Shown here one piece after another: positions 13,197 to 24,251 of a stretch of DNA of 64,000 nucleotides. The DNA is from Octopus sinensis (lineage: Eukaryota), in the NCBI RefSeq assembly GCF_006345805.1, contig NC_043003.1:88846001-88910000 (forward strand). The letters run 5' to 3'. How positions within the stretch are numbered: position 1 is the stretch's first letter; every line of letters begins with the position of its first letter. Made by a program: the position numbers and the translations under genes. Below the pieces are notes generated by a model. The model did not search any database, had not been told where the DNA came from, and worked only from the letters and a program-made list of their open reading frames with translations.

Positions 13197-13383
13197 TGGC
13201 TATTTGAAAACGTTATGAAAAAATATACCGTTAAAAATGAAGGGAAATTACTCTGTTATAACTCTGCTTTGCCTGCGTACTTATACATCGCTCGCATTTT
13301 TCGTCATAAAAATTATATAAAAATACATAAAAATATATAAAAATATATAAAATCTTCTTGGGACATAACACAGAAAGCATGTT

Positions 13384-14037
13384 CTATCCGTTTTCTTTAG
13401 GGGACCAAAAACGTAACAGAAATTTAGTCACATGTGGGCATGATCCGAAAAGCTCTGTCCTTGTATTTAGACATGTGGTAGGGTCTAAGCTGCTTTTCCA
13501 GATAAGCCATCTCTCCATGTCGCATAAACCGCACCTTCCGCTGCCGTTAGTATAGGGCTTACATCTGGCCAAAATCTTCCATTGTATGTTATAATCGACA
13601 CCTTTATCTCTTAAAGACCAAATATGATTGGATAATTGTGTCGCTTTTCTTTTGTTCCAGTGCCTAAAGCTCAAAGTGTGGTTATTGAACCTGGCCTTGA
13701 AATTACCCTCTGTCAGGCCCACGTATTTCTTCGTCGAAACGGTGTCTTTAGTGGTTATAGAGTTTACGGTAGCTTCATATATGATGGTCTTGGACATGCA
13801 AGCTCCATTTAGCGGGCACAATTCTTTATTCCTGCATGAACAGCTGTTTTCTTCTTGTGTTTTTTGTATGTTATGATTGATTATGTTTTTAAAATTGGTA
13901 GTTGAACTAAAACTAATTTTTAAATTGTGTCTATTGAAGAGTTTCCTATAAGCATGGTTAACTGGAAAATGTCTATCTATCAGTGCTAGGAAATATTTAC
14001 CTATATTGAAGGCCACCTCGGGTGAGTAGCCCAACAA
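13384..14037 (-). pseudogene. C-terminal part of a PLE ORF: GIY-YIG endonuclease
   Basis: CSCRNKELCPLNGAC...IIYEATV...KYVGLTEGNFKARFNNH...HIWSL...CGLCDMER...LNTRTE; open to TAG at 13384-13386. Confidence 0.88.
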
Positions 14038-14390
14038 TAAGGAAAAGGAATAATAGAAATAGTAAGGTCATCTGGTTTACGCCCCCTTACTCACCCGAGG
14101 TGGCCTTCAATATAGGTAAATATTTCCTAGCACTGATAGATAGACATTTTCCAGTTAACCATGCTTATAGGAAACTCTTCAATAGACACAATTTAAAAAT
14201 TAGAACATGATTTCTGTGTTATGTCCCAAGAAGATTTTATATATTTTTATATATTTTTATGTATTTTTATATAATTTTTATGACGAAAAATGCGAGCGAT
14301 GTATAAGTACGCAGGCAAAGCAGAGTTATAACAGAGTAATTTCCCTTCATTTTTAACGGTATATTTTTTCATAAAGTTTTCAAATAGCCA

Positions 14391-14451
14391 GATAACCGAT
14401 GAGATGGTGTTGTGGATTTCCACTTCGGCATCTGAAACTCAGAGTTTTATC
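14391..14451 (+). ncRNA. Type I hammerhead-like ribozyme motif (U4C core variant, extra U before GAAA)
   Basis: gataa-CCGATGA-gatg...catc-t-GAAAC-tcaga-GTT-ttatc; helix I gataa/ttatc. Confidence 0.55.
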
Positions 14452-14486
14452 TTGACTACCGAGTAATGTAACATATTGTATAGATA

Positions 14487-14580
14487 TATATAGTTACATA
14501 TATATATGTTTGTATATATATATATGTATATATATATATGTATATATATATGTATATATATATGTATATATATATATATG

Positions 14581-14611
<31 letters not shown>

Positions 14612-14814
14612 GTATATATATACATACATATATATGTACATATTTTATATATATACATATACATACGTATATATATATATACATGTAAAAAAAAAAAATA
14701 TATATGTACATATACATATATATACATATACATATATATACATATACATATATATATATATACACATATATATATATATACATATACATATATATACACA
14801 TATATATATATATT

Positions 14815-14851
<37 letters not shown>

Positions 14852-14893
14852 CATATATATATATTTATACATATACATATATATTTATACATA
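14487..14893. repeat. (TA)n-rich microsatellite
   Basis: Direct sequence. Confidence 0.95.
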
Positions 14894-14894
14894 T

Positions 14895-14985
14895 AAGTCC
14901 CGGGGTCAAGTTGCTCGTTAAAGGTGGTGCTCCAGCATGGCCGCAGTCAAATGACTGAAATAAGTAAAAGAGTAAAAGAGAATAC
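14895..14985 (+). mobile_element. 3' stub of the composite SINE
   Basis: ggtggtgctccagcatggccgcagtcaaatgactgaaa plus A-rich tail. Confidence 0.85.
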
Positions 14986-15029
14986 ATATATATTTATACA
15001 TATATACCTATATCTGAGTGTGATTGTGC

Positions 15030-17795
15030 CTGTGTATATATAGGAATGAGCCTTCTTCTCCTCTGAACCCTCTTCGTTGGTGGTACCTGCCTTTATCCAT
15101 GCAATCCCCCTCTACCCACGCATTGCAACATTTTCAGCCGAGACCCTTGTAACCTGACATTGGAGTATCAATTTGCCAATCTGCTACGCTGCATGTATCT
15201 GCATCGCTCATGACACTAACACCAGCTCCTACCTCCGGTGGGGGCAACATCCTTAACATGCTTGAATGTTGTCAGATTGGAAGAGAGGTAGAAAGAAAAA
15301 AGAAAAAGGATTAAGTATGCCAAATAAACAAACACCACCACAACAACCCTCTTCATTTCAGGCGTTGAATAGCATCCCTCTACTCCAAACCTCACCCCAC
15401 ATTTCCTTCCCAGTTTTCAGAGTTGGCACTGTTAATGTTGGCACAATGAAAGGTACGTCTAGTGAGATTGTAGAGATGCTTGAAAGGAGACGGGTTGATG
15501 TATGCTGCATACAAGAGGTAAGATGGAGAGGAGCTTCAGCTAGGGTCCTCACAGGCAAGGCACATAGGTACAAATTCTTCTGGCAAGGTAACATGGATGG
15601 TATAGGAAGTGTAGGCATTCTCATCTCAGAGGAATGGGTGGATAAGTTTATAGAGGTTGTTAGGGTATGTGATAGAGTACTTAAGCTCAGGCTATTAATG
15701 CAGAATAGCACAGTTACTATCATCTCCGTCTACGCCCCACATGCGGGGCTACCAAATGATCAGAAGGACCACTTTTATGACACCCTTCTACAGGCTACCT
15801 CAAAGACGAGTGGCAATGACCTCATCTTTGTGGCTGGAGACTTTAATGGGCATGTTGGGCGGGAATCGGGTATCATCACTGGGGTAAACAGTGGCCATGG
15901 TATTGGCACCCGAAATGATGAGGGGACTAGGCTACTGCAGTTCTGTAATGCATGTAACATTTTAATCTGCAACACTAACTTCAGGTAGCCAGACAGTCGC
16001 CTTATAACCTATCAATCAGGGGACTCTGCTAGCCAGATTGATTTCATCCACACCAGACAGCGGGACGCAGGGTTGCTCTCAAATGCAAAGACCCTCCCGG
16101 GTGAAGAATGTACCCCCCGAGCATAGGCTAGTCATTAGTGACTTTAGACTTGAGGCCAGAAGGATACCAAGAAGCAAACCAATCCAAAAAAGAAGGATTT
16201 GGAAGCTAAAGAACCCTTCACATGGTCAGAGATTGAGGGACATCCTCATCAAGAAATTTGAGGAGAGGGAGGAGGAGCTACAGACAACGGACATAGAAGG
16301 TAGCTGGCAACTCCTATAGGACAGCTTGCTGAGTGCCACAGACCAGGTCTGTGGCTGGTGCAAAGTCCCTTCCAGACCCAGAGTTACGTGGTGGTGGAAT
16401 AGTACAGTAGACAAGGCCATCAGGGCAAAGAAACAAGCCTGGAGGTAGCAGGGAACCGTACCAAGTAGCCAAAAGGGAGGCCGGGCGGCAGGTATACATA
16501 GCCAAAGATATAGCAGAAAAGAAGAAGTTTGCCAATGTCCAGCGACGTGAGGACCAAAGAACCGAGGTATTTCGTACTGCTAGACAGTGTTTGAGAGAAA
16601 ATAGTGATGTTACAGGAGAGAAATGTGTCCGCATGGATGATGGGACACTTGCTTTTAATGTTGGTGAAAAGAAAGAGGCTTGGAGAAGCCATTATGAAAG
16701 ACTGCTGAATGTGGAGAATGAATGGGAGGAGGAGAGCCTGCCAAATGTTGACCCAGTAGAGGGACCAGCTATCCAAATAGAGAGCTCCCTTGTAGTTAAG
16801 GCAATTAAGGGTATGAAACCAGGTAAAGCCCCCGGCCCATCAGGAATCACCACTGAGATGCTTAAAACATCTGGTGGTGTGGGCTACGGCCTAGTCACCT
16901 GCATTGTAAACCAAGTAGTTCAAGATGGAGTCATACCCAATGACTGGCGTAGCAGCACCATAGTCAACTGCTATAAGGGTAAAGGTGATGCTCTAGATAG
17001 AAATAACTACAGGGGTATTAAACTGCTGGATCAGGTAATGATGGTCACAGAGAGGGTCATAGCCCAACTAATTAGGGAGAGAGTTAGCCTTGATGAGATG
17101 CCGGGTAGAAGCACAACTGATGCTATATTTATGGTTCGAGAACTGCAGGAGAAATACCTAGCCAAAGATAAGCCCCTATACTTAGCTTTTGTGGACTTGG
17201 AGAAAGCCTTTGATAGGGTCCCACGATCCCTTATCTGGTGGGCGATGTGGAAACTGGAGATTGACGAATGGTTAATAAGGGCTGTACAAGCTCTCTACAG
17301 AGAGGCTAGCAGTAAGGTTAGGATTGGCAATGAGTACAGTGAAGAATTCAGAGTAGAAGTTGGCGTCCACCAAGGCTCAGCCCTCAGCCCCCTTTTATTC
17401 ATGATAGTCCTCCAGGCAATAACAGAGGAATTTAAGACGGGTTGTCCCTGGGAACTCCTCTATGCCGATGACCTAGGCCTTGTAGCAGAATTGCTACTGG
17501 AACTAGAGAAGAAATTTCGTGTGTGGCAGCTAGGTTTAGAATCAAAAGGCCTTAGAGTCAATGTAGCAAAGACCAAAGTTATAGTAAGTAGGAAGGCAAA
17601 CTCACCACACACCCCTTCAGGTAGGTGGCCCTGCTCGATCTGTAGAAAAGGTGTAGGTAGAAACTCCATAAGATGTACCCAGTGTAAGCTATGGACACAT
17701 AAGAGGTGCAGCAATATCAAAGGAAAATTAACCGAGAAGATAGCTTTCATGTGCGGCAGATACACAGGGGCAATTGGCACCATTGATACTCAGCA
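15030..17795 (+). mobile_element. RTE LINE copy 2: 5' leader, APE and RT, 3'-truncated
   Basis: RVGTVNVGTM, CIQEVRW, AGDFNGHVG; RT 16591-17814 with LYADD; 5' boundary approximate. Confidence 0.92.
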
Positions 17796-17920
17796 AAAGA
17801 AGCTGATAGAATAAGTACTAGGCTTACAAAGAATAAATCCTGGGGTTAATTCGTTTGACTTAAGGTGGTGCTGCAGCATGGCCACTGTCAAATGACTGAA
17901 ATAAAAGAATAAAAGAAATT
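17796..17920 (+). mobile_element. SINE 3' half fused directly to truncated RTE copy 2
   Basis: gatagaataagtact...cagcatggccactgtcaaatgactgaaataaaagaataaaag. Confidence 0.8.
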
Positions 17921-18224
17921 TAAAATGAATGTAAAACTCGTCTTTTGTAATTTCTAAATTTCATTCAATAATAAAGTACAAACTATTCCATCTGCTAGCT
18001 TTAATAGATTACTAATACAGTGAATTCATACAGTATTTATCAAACAGATTGGTTTCCTTTTATGTATTATTTAAACAATGAAGATAATCTTAATTCCATT
18101 CAGTTGTTAATAAAGATGTGTAAAGTTCATAATGTATATGATTTTATACCAATTTCAGCATAAAAATATAATGTAACTGCTGATGTTTTAAAAGGACCAT
18201 AATCTCAAATCTTATTTTTGTGAT

Positions 18225-18697
18225 GCGGATGGATGAGGACAGTTGCATAAAGAAGTGCCAACCTCTTAAAGTAGAAGGAAGTTGTGGAAGAGGGAGACCA
18301 AGAAAGACATGGACAAAGTACTGAAGGCCAATCTCAAAATGCTGAAGAGGACCAAGATAAGAAGACCCATCCACCACTACAAAATTGATGCCCTAAAACC
18401 AAGGTGTTATGTAAAATGCATTGGTGTTGGTGCCTTGTAACATGCACTGATGTTGTAGCCATATAAAATGCACTGATTTTGGTGTCACATTAAAAGCACT
18501 GGTGCTGGTGTCACATTAAAAGCCTTGATGTAAAAAGCACCCAGTACACTCTGTAAAGTGGCTGGCATTAGGAAGGGCATCCAGCTGTAGAAATCATGCC
18601 AATACAGACCGGTGCTGCCCTTGGCCTTGTCAGCTTCTGTCAGGCCATCCAACCCATGCCAGCATGGAAAACAGACATTAAATGATGATGATGATTG
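18225..18697 (+). mobile_element. Old RTE C-terminal and 3' UTR remnants
   Basis: ggatggatgaggac...gggagaccaagaaagacatgg and aggaagggcatccagctgtagaa...gatgatgat. Confidence 0.7.
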
Positions 18698-19284
18698 ACA
18701 TGTTAAAGTCATCATAAGTCAATACCACTTGAAAATACATCTGTTTAGGGCTCAAAAATGGATTTCTTGATAAATTTTACTTTCAAAAACGTGTACCTGC
18801 TTAGCTTTTATTAATAGCTTTTTATTTTCTAGAATATTTAAGTTGATTGTGGATGTCTGTGAAATGGCCCTTTTAGCCCAGAGTGCTACAGAACTGCAAT
18901 AATCAAGAGGGACATTGGGAATTTTAATAAACAGGAGGATTTGGAGAAGTAATAAACAAGAGGAACCTGAAGAACTGTAAGAGGGTTCTGCAGGACTGTA
19001 ACAATAAGAGAGATCTGGAAAACTGTAATAAGCAGGGTGGATCTGGAAAGCTAATATAGAGGAGGGACCTGGAGAATTATATAATAAATGAGAAGAATCT
19101 AAAAGCCTTGTAATAAACTAACTGAAGCTGAATCCCAACAAACAGCTACATGTACACTTAATGAATGTGAGATCTAGTAGCTTGCTCTTTCTGAAGTTGT
19201 CTGACTATAACAACTTCATTGATAATATTCCATTCTGGCTGTCTTATTTGAGCTATTTCTTTATTAACTCTTTCCACCACTTTC

Positions 19285-19700
19285 ATGACGTAGTCCATTT
19301 GGTACATCTGTAGTTACTCCTTTTCACAACTTCCCTATTGCTCATATAAAAGTTGATGGTGGTGCTTTTGCAACCATCATTGTAGTTTACAATTCCCTGT
19401 ACTCCCTGATTGACGACTATATATCCTACTTTGTCAAATATTTTCAGTTTATTGTTACCTTCACTGATCACACTTGCTTTTTTTATATCTCTGCTTCTTG
19501 GCTTTTGTACCTCTGTTTTCTATACTGTTCTTCCACCATGTTACTCTCAGCCTGGTTGGAATCTTGCTTCATCCACAGATCTGGTTGGTAGCTTTCAGCA
19601 AGTTATCTTTTAGAAACAGTTCACTGTCATAGTTATCCATCTCTTTTTTAAACTTAAATATTACAGAAGCCCTTTCAGCTCCCATACCATTTTTGTCCAG
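19285..19700 (-). mobile_element. Highly decayed RTE ORF fragment
   Basis: Minus strand reads LKATNQICG*SKIPTRLRVTWW and IVVNQGVQ...NDGCKSTTINFY, homologous to the RTE ORF elsewhere in the window. Confidence 0.55.
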
Positions 19701-21837
19701 TTTGTGTACTGTCTCTAGATTCATCTAACTCTCATCCTGATATCCTAGTTACCAGTTTATGTAGACAGATTCTCTTTACATTAGGGAAATATTGAATATT
19801 CACTGGTTTCAGTCCCATTTCCTGGTGAGTATAAAGTCTATTTGACTTACATGTTTGTCTGATTTGTAAGCAGGCAGGTAGCTGACCAGCTTTCAGAAAT
19901 TTGTATTACAGTTGTGTTAGGTCAGTTGCATCACAAAACTCTGGAAGTTTCTTTGATCCCTTCTTCATTCTTTATAGCATACTCATACTTTTATGTACAT
20001 ATGGTTACCTAATCTGATGTTGTCCCCAGATGTGATAACAAGATTGCTGTCATCTATTACACTGGGGAACATTTTTGCAAAAATTTTAAGTGGTCTTGCT
20101 TTTTACAAATAGTCCTACCTAATTTGATGGTGCTGGGCTCAGAAATGCCCTTTGAAATTTTCCATCATGTCAAGTTTTTTGTTAAATAGGCATTCATTTT
20201 TTTACCAAAAAATGTCAATTTTGTCATTAAATGTAATACTGAAATAAGAAACTAACAAATATATTGCACAAAATGTTTAATTACACATCTTAGAATAGAT
20301 GTAAATACACATTTACACCCATGTTGCAGCCCAGTGCTTGAAAACCGGTTAACAGGGTCTGCACAAGATCTTCATAATTTGATGGCTTCTTGTTTCCCAG
20401 GAAATCAAATACAACTGCAGCAAAAGCATTCCTTGCTTCTTTTTCAGTGCCAGATATGGTCTCCAAAAATAGCTCATTCTGCAAATATGTGGCCCATCAA
20501 ATATACCAACCTTAATTTTCTCACAAGACAAAACAGGAAACTTTGTGCTTAAGTATTTGAAGCAGCCACTGTCTCAGTGTTTGAACATGCGTTTTGCACC
20601 CTATATGAGGTGCCCAGGCTTCGTCTTGTCACTTCATGCTAAAGTAAGTAAGGAAGTAAGGCAAGCTTTCTTCACAAAATCTGTAATTTTGTTTCACTGC
20701 CTAATCCAGAAATAAGCAGAAGACACTGGAGCTGCTTTTACATTCTCTTCTCTCACAACTGGCCATATTTCTGAAACACAAAACATATTCAGGCTGGTTA
20801 TCTCTTATGATAAAAGGCAGATTTTCTCTGCCTCCCAAACCGTTCGTTATTTATATAATTCTACAATATAGAATTTCTTCAATTGGAATTTACCTATCAT
20901 TTTTCCAAGTAGATTCCATTGGGTCATGGCATGTAAAGTTTTTTCAATTTCACCCCCAATTAAGCAAAAATTCGAGAAAACTCAATATTTTACGATTTCC
21001 CTCTTTCATTTAAAGTGCTTCACTCCTACCATTACCACTACACTTTCTCCTCCTTTCTCTTTGCAAGTGTGCAACAATTAAAGTGAAAGTATTTATATAA
21101 AAGGGACGAGCAATTAATACTGGTCATCCTTTTTGCTAGAAGAAGATCTGCTATGGTCTTATATGCTACACCACTGGTTTTCAATTCATATTAATCAAAT
21201 TAATATTCAATTTTTCACCTTTATTATGTGTGTGTGTATTAGCAATTCGTATAAAATTGCATCAATGACTTGAACTTCAATAAGTGGTTTCACATAAATG
21301 GGGATACATTAAAAAGGTTTGTTGTTATTATTATTACTGTTTGACTATTGTAATCACGTTTGTTGGTTCCTCGTCAGGGAAACGTTGTTGTGTTGCATTT
21401 GTTAAATAATTGCAAACCGTTACCCTCCTCCTTTCGGAGAAGGGGCTTTGGTTATTGTTTTAAAATTGAATTGTGTCCCTGTTTGGGGAAATTGACAATA
21501 TTTTCACCGTCTTTACGGAAGCATTTTTGTTAAAATGCCTTCGATAGAAGAAAGTCCAGAAATGAATTTCGCTGCAGCCGTACACTTCTATACAAGAGGG
21601 AGGACAAGATCCAATTGATCGAAATTGCAAGAGACAGGCCTACAATTCCAGTCTGTTATATATTTTGAGTATTGTTATCACTAGCGATATTAAGATATAA
21701 CTTTGTATTTTGTATTTTATGTGTAGATGTATATATATATAGATGTACATGTAATATGTACACATATATATATACACATATATACATGCATAATATATCT
21801 ACCTATACACACATACGCACACACACACACACATACA

Positions 21838-21975
21838 TAGGAGCAGGTGTGGCTGTGTGGTAACAAACTACGTTCCAAACACATGGTCCTGGGTTCAGTC
21901 CCATTGTGTGGTGACTTGGAATGTGTCTTCTGCTGTAGCTTCAGACCAACAAAAGCCTTCTCAGTGGATTTTGTA
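21838..21975 (+). mobile_element. Diverged tRNA-SINE head
   Basis: ggagcaggtgtggctgtgtggtaa...gggttcagtccca, homologous to the heads of 2724-3150 and 56160-56541. Confidence 0.75.
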
Positions 21976-21984
21976 CATATATAC

Positions 21985-22170
21985 AGGCAACTTTCAAACC
22001 TGCCTTACATTCGAACCGGAATCTCAAAAACATAGTCCCCTTCAGCGCCAAGCTCAACTGCTCTATCCTGACATGGAGGGTATCAGCAATGAATTCTATA
22101 AGAAAACACTCCTAGACATTGAAGACAGAATTGCTAAACTGGGTGGAAATGAATTGTTGACGCAGGAAAC
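21985..22170 (+). pseudogene. Probable Helitron RepHel internal fragment
   Basis: FYKKTLLDIEDRIAKLGGNEL resembles the RepHel linker region (recalled similarity only). Confidence 0.4.
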
Positions 22171-22245
22171 AACAAAAAACACTCAAACACACACACACAC
22201 ACGTGTGTATTTGTTACAGTTGTCAATTGTTGAAAGAAACAAATT

Positions 22246-22719
22246 GTAAGCTAAGAAGGTGTGTGTGTGTGCGTGCGTGTGTGTGTGTGTGTGCGTGTGT
22301 GTGTGTGAGTGTGTGTGTGTATGTGTGTGTGTGTGTGTGTGTAGGAAGTGAAGGATAAAAATATGGACCTTTTATTTCCATACAAACAACATAACACTAT
22401 CAACCTCATACCACTACATAGGGCATCCATTCTCTTTTAACATAGCATGAAGTTTTGTAGCAGCACATCCGCTGCCGTTCGTGGAAAACGAAGAGACCCT
22501 ATTCACCTGCAAACGTTTTACACCGCCTTCCACGACTATCAAATTCTTACAATTATGAGAACAATAACCCCTTTACACGGCTTTCTATACACTTGCAAAT
22601 ACATTCATTCGCTGTAAACTTATATCAATATTTGCTTGAATAATCATCATAATTCAGGGCAATCATTAACAGTACTTTCAAGCAATTCAGCCCCGAGCAT
22701 TGCCGGGCAATTCTGCTAG
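22246..22719 (+). mobile_element. Probable non-autonomous Helitron
   Basis: 3' hairpin cccg-agcattgc-cggg followed by CTAG|T at 22716-22719; 5' limit uncertain. Confidence 0.5.
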
Positions 22720-23845
22720 TCACTTGATAAAAGCATTTTCAGGATAGTCAACAGTTATAAAGTAAGCAAATGCAGATTTGTGATGGCAAAGTTCTATAAA
22801 GAGAATACATACCATGAAGTTGTTTCTACAGTTCTTTGACCATAATTAATGAAAAGTGACCTTCACCCATGTGTCAACACAATTAAAACATTAAGAGCAC
22901 ATTGAAAATACCAATTTTCATAAGAAACAGTTAAAAGTTCAACAAAACATGTCTCATCTAGTTTGCAATGATAATCACACTAAATTAAGCGGAGCGTGGG
23001 CCAATCAGCAGACTAATTCTGCAAATATGAGACATGTAAGGTGTCAAGGCTCCCAAAATATGTTGTTTCTTAACATTTAATTGTATAAAGGACATTTCTG
23101 TCATTATCATGACATTTGAAACTGGTTAAGCTGAAAATAGTGAAAGTTGCTCAAGTTTGATACTTGTTATTTACTCGAGATACTTAAATCATGACTTTTG
23201 TTTTCACTTTTGTAGTTGCATTTACTTTAAATAACTTGAAAAACTATGTTTTCAAAGTTATGTCAAGCTCCATACATGGGCTCACATTTGATGAAGTCAA
23301 ATTAGAAAAGGTGACAATACCAAAAATTTTGAAAAATGGACATCTGAGTTCGTGAAAAGTCTTGACATGATAGATCAAAATGGATTTCATTTTTGAAATC
23401 AGCACCCCAGAATTAGTACGAAATATGTCTATAATATCAGACAACAAAAACCCTGTTCCCCAGTGTTATAGAACCCTAATTTATAATTATTTCTGTTAAC
23501 AATATACTTCACCCACTTAAGAGTTGTTATCTATGCCAAAGAATTTGTATATTGGCTCTTTACCTCTAAGGTGTCTGTTGAGGTACCTCTTGTACATAGC
23601 GCATATATCTACATACCTCTGCTGTAATATCTCTACTCTCCAGATCTTCCTTGCCTCATATGTTGGCATGATGCATGATAGTTCTCTGCTTCATGGGAGT
23701 AGTAAAGGCGGTGGGATGTGGAATGTTCATCTGCATACTGAATGGAAGAAAGTTATGGGGTTTGATGATAAGGAGTGTTTATATCTCAGTACCCCATTAT
23801 TGTGCATAGCACTAACATGGTTAAGTTTTAGTCATGTATATGGAG

Positions 23846-24251
23846 TTCAATTCAATTCAATTTTTATTGGCTCAAAAAGCAAAAGCAAGGTCATGTAGGG
23901 GGACAGGGAGTTATGTACAGGGAGGGTGGTCATACAAAGAATTCAGGCCATTTCTGGTCAAGAGAGACTTTGAACCAAGCGGTCGTCGGCATCTTCACTA
24001 TCTTGTCCGGCAGCTTATTCCACGGATCCGCAACCCAGACAGAGAAAGCCTCTCTCCTTTGATTGAGATGAAATCGTTGTAGATAGAGCTTTTTGGAGTG
24101 ACCCCGCAGCCCACACTCTGGAGCAGGAGCAAAGAACAGCTCTTTCGAGAGGTTACACTTTCCGCTTATGAGTTGTGAGCGAGAATGAGATCACCACGGC
24201 GGCGTCGTTTTCCGAGAGAATAAAGGTTGAGTGTCTTCAGCCTTTCTTCAT
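23846..24251 (-). mobile_element. 3' portion of a CR1-group LINE with an (ATTGA)n tail, split by RTE copy 3
   Basis: EERLKTLNLYSLGKRRRRGDLI; ttcaattcaattcaatt tail. Confidence 0.8.

Larger units (their letters stand above)
13032..14486. mobile_element. Penelope-like element inserted as an asymmetric fold-back palindrome in (TA)n
   Basis: Arms 13101-14028 and 14088-14486 are reverse complements; the right arm has a 529-bp deletion; the left arm has an extra terminal 69 bp; GIY-YIG ORF and hammerhead-like motif. Confidence 0.9.
20060..23465 (-). mobile_element. Chapaev3-like (CMC) DNA transposon with nested insertions
   Basis: Perfect 12-bp TIR CACTGGGGAACA (20060-20071 / 23454-23465); TTA on both flanks; transposase remnants KIKVGIFDGP and FLGNKKPSNYEDLV...GCNM (20290-20531). 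Confidence 0.78.

Noticed and set aside
18880-19140. Purine-rich degenerate repeat of about 25 bp (gatctggaaaactgtaataag variants)
   Set aside because: Too decayed to define a unit, with no open frame or structure.
21365-21390. CTGACGAGG motif on the minus strand
   Set aside because: No downstream GAAA block or helices.
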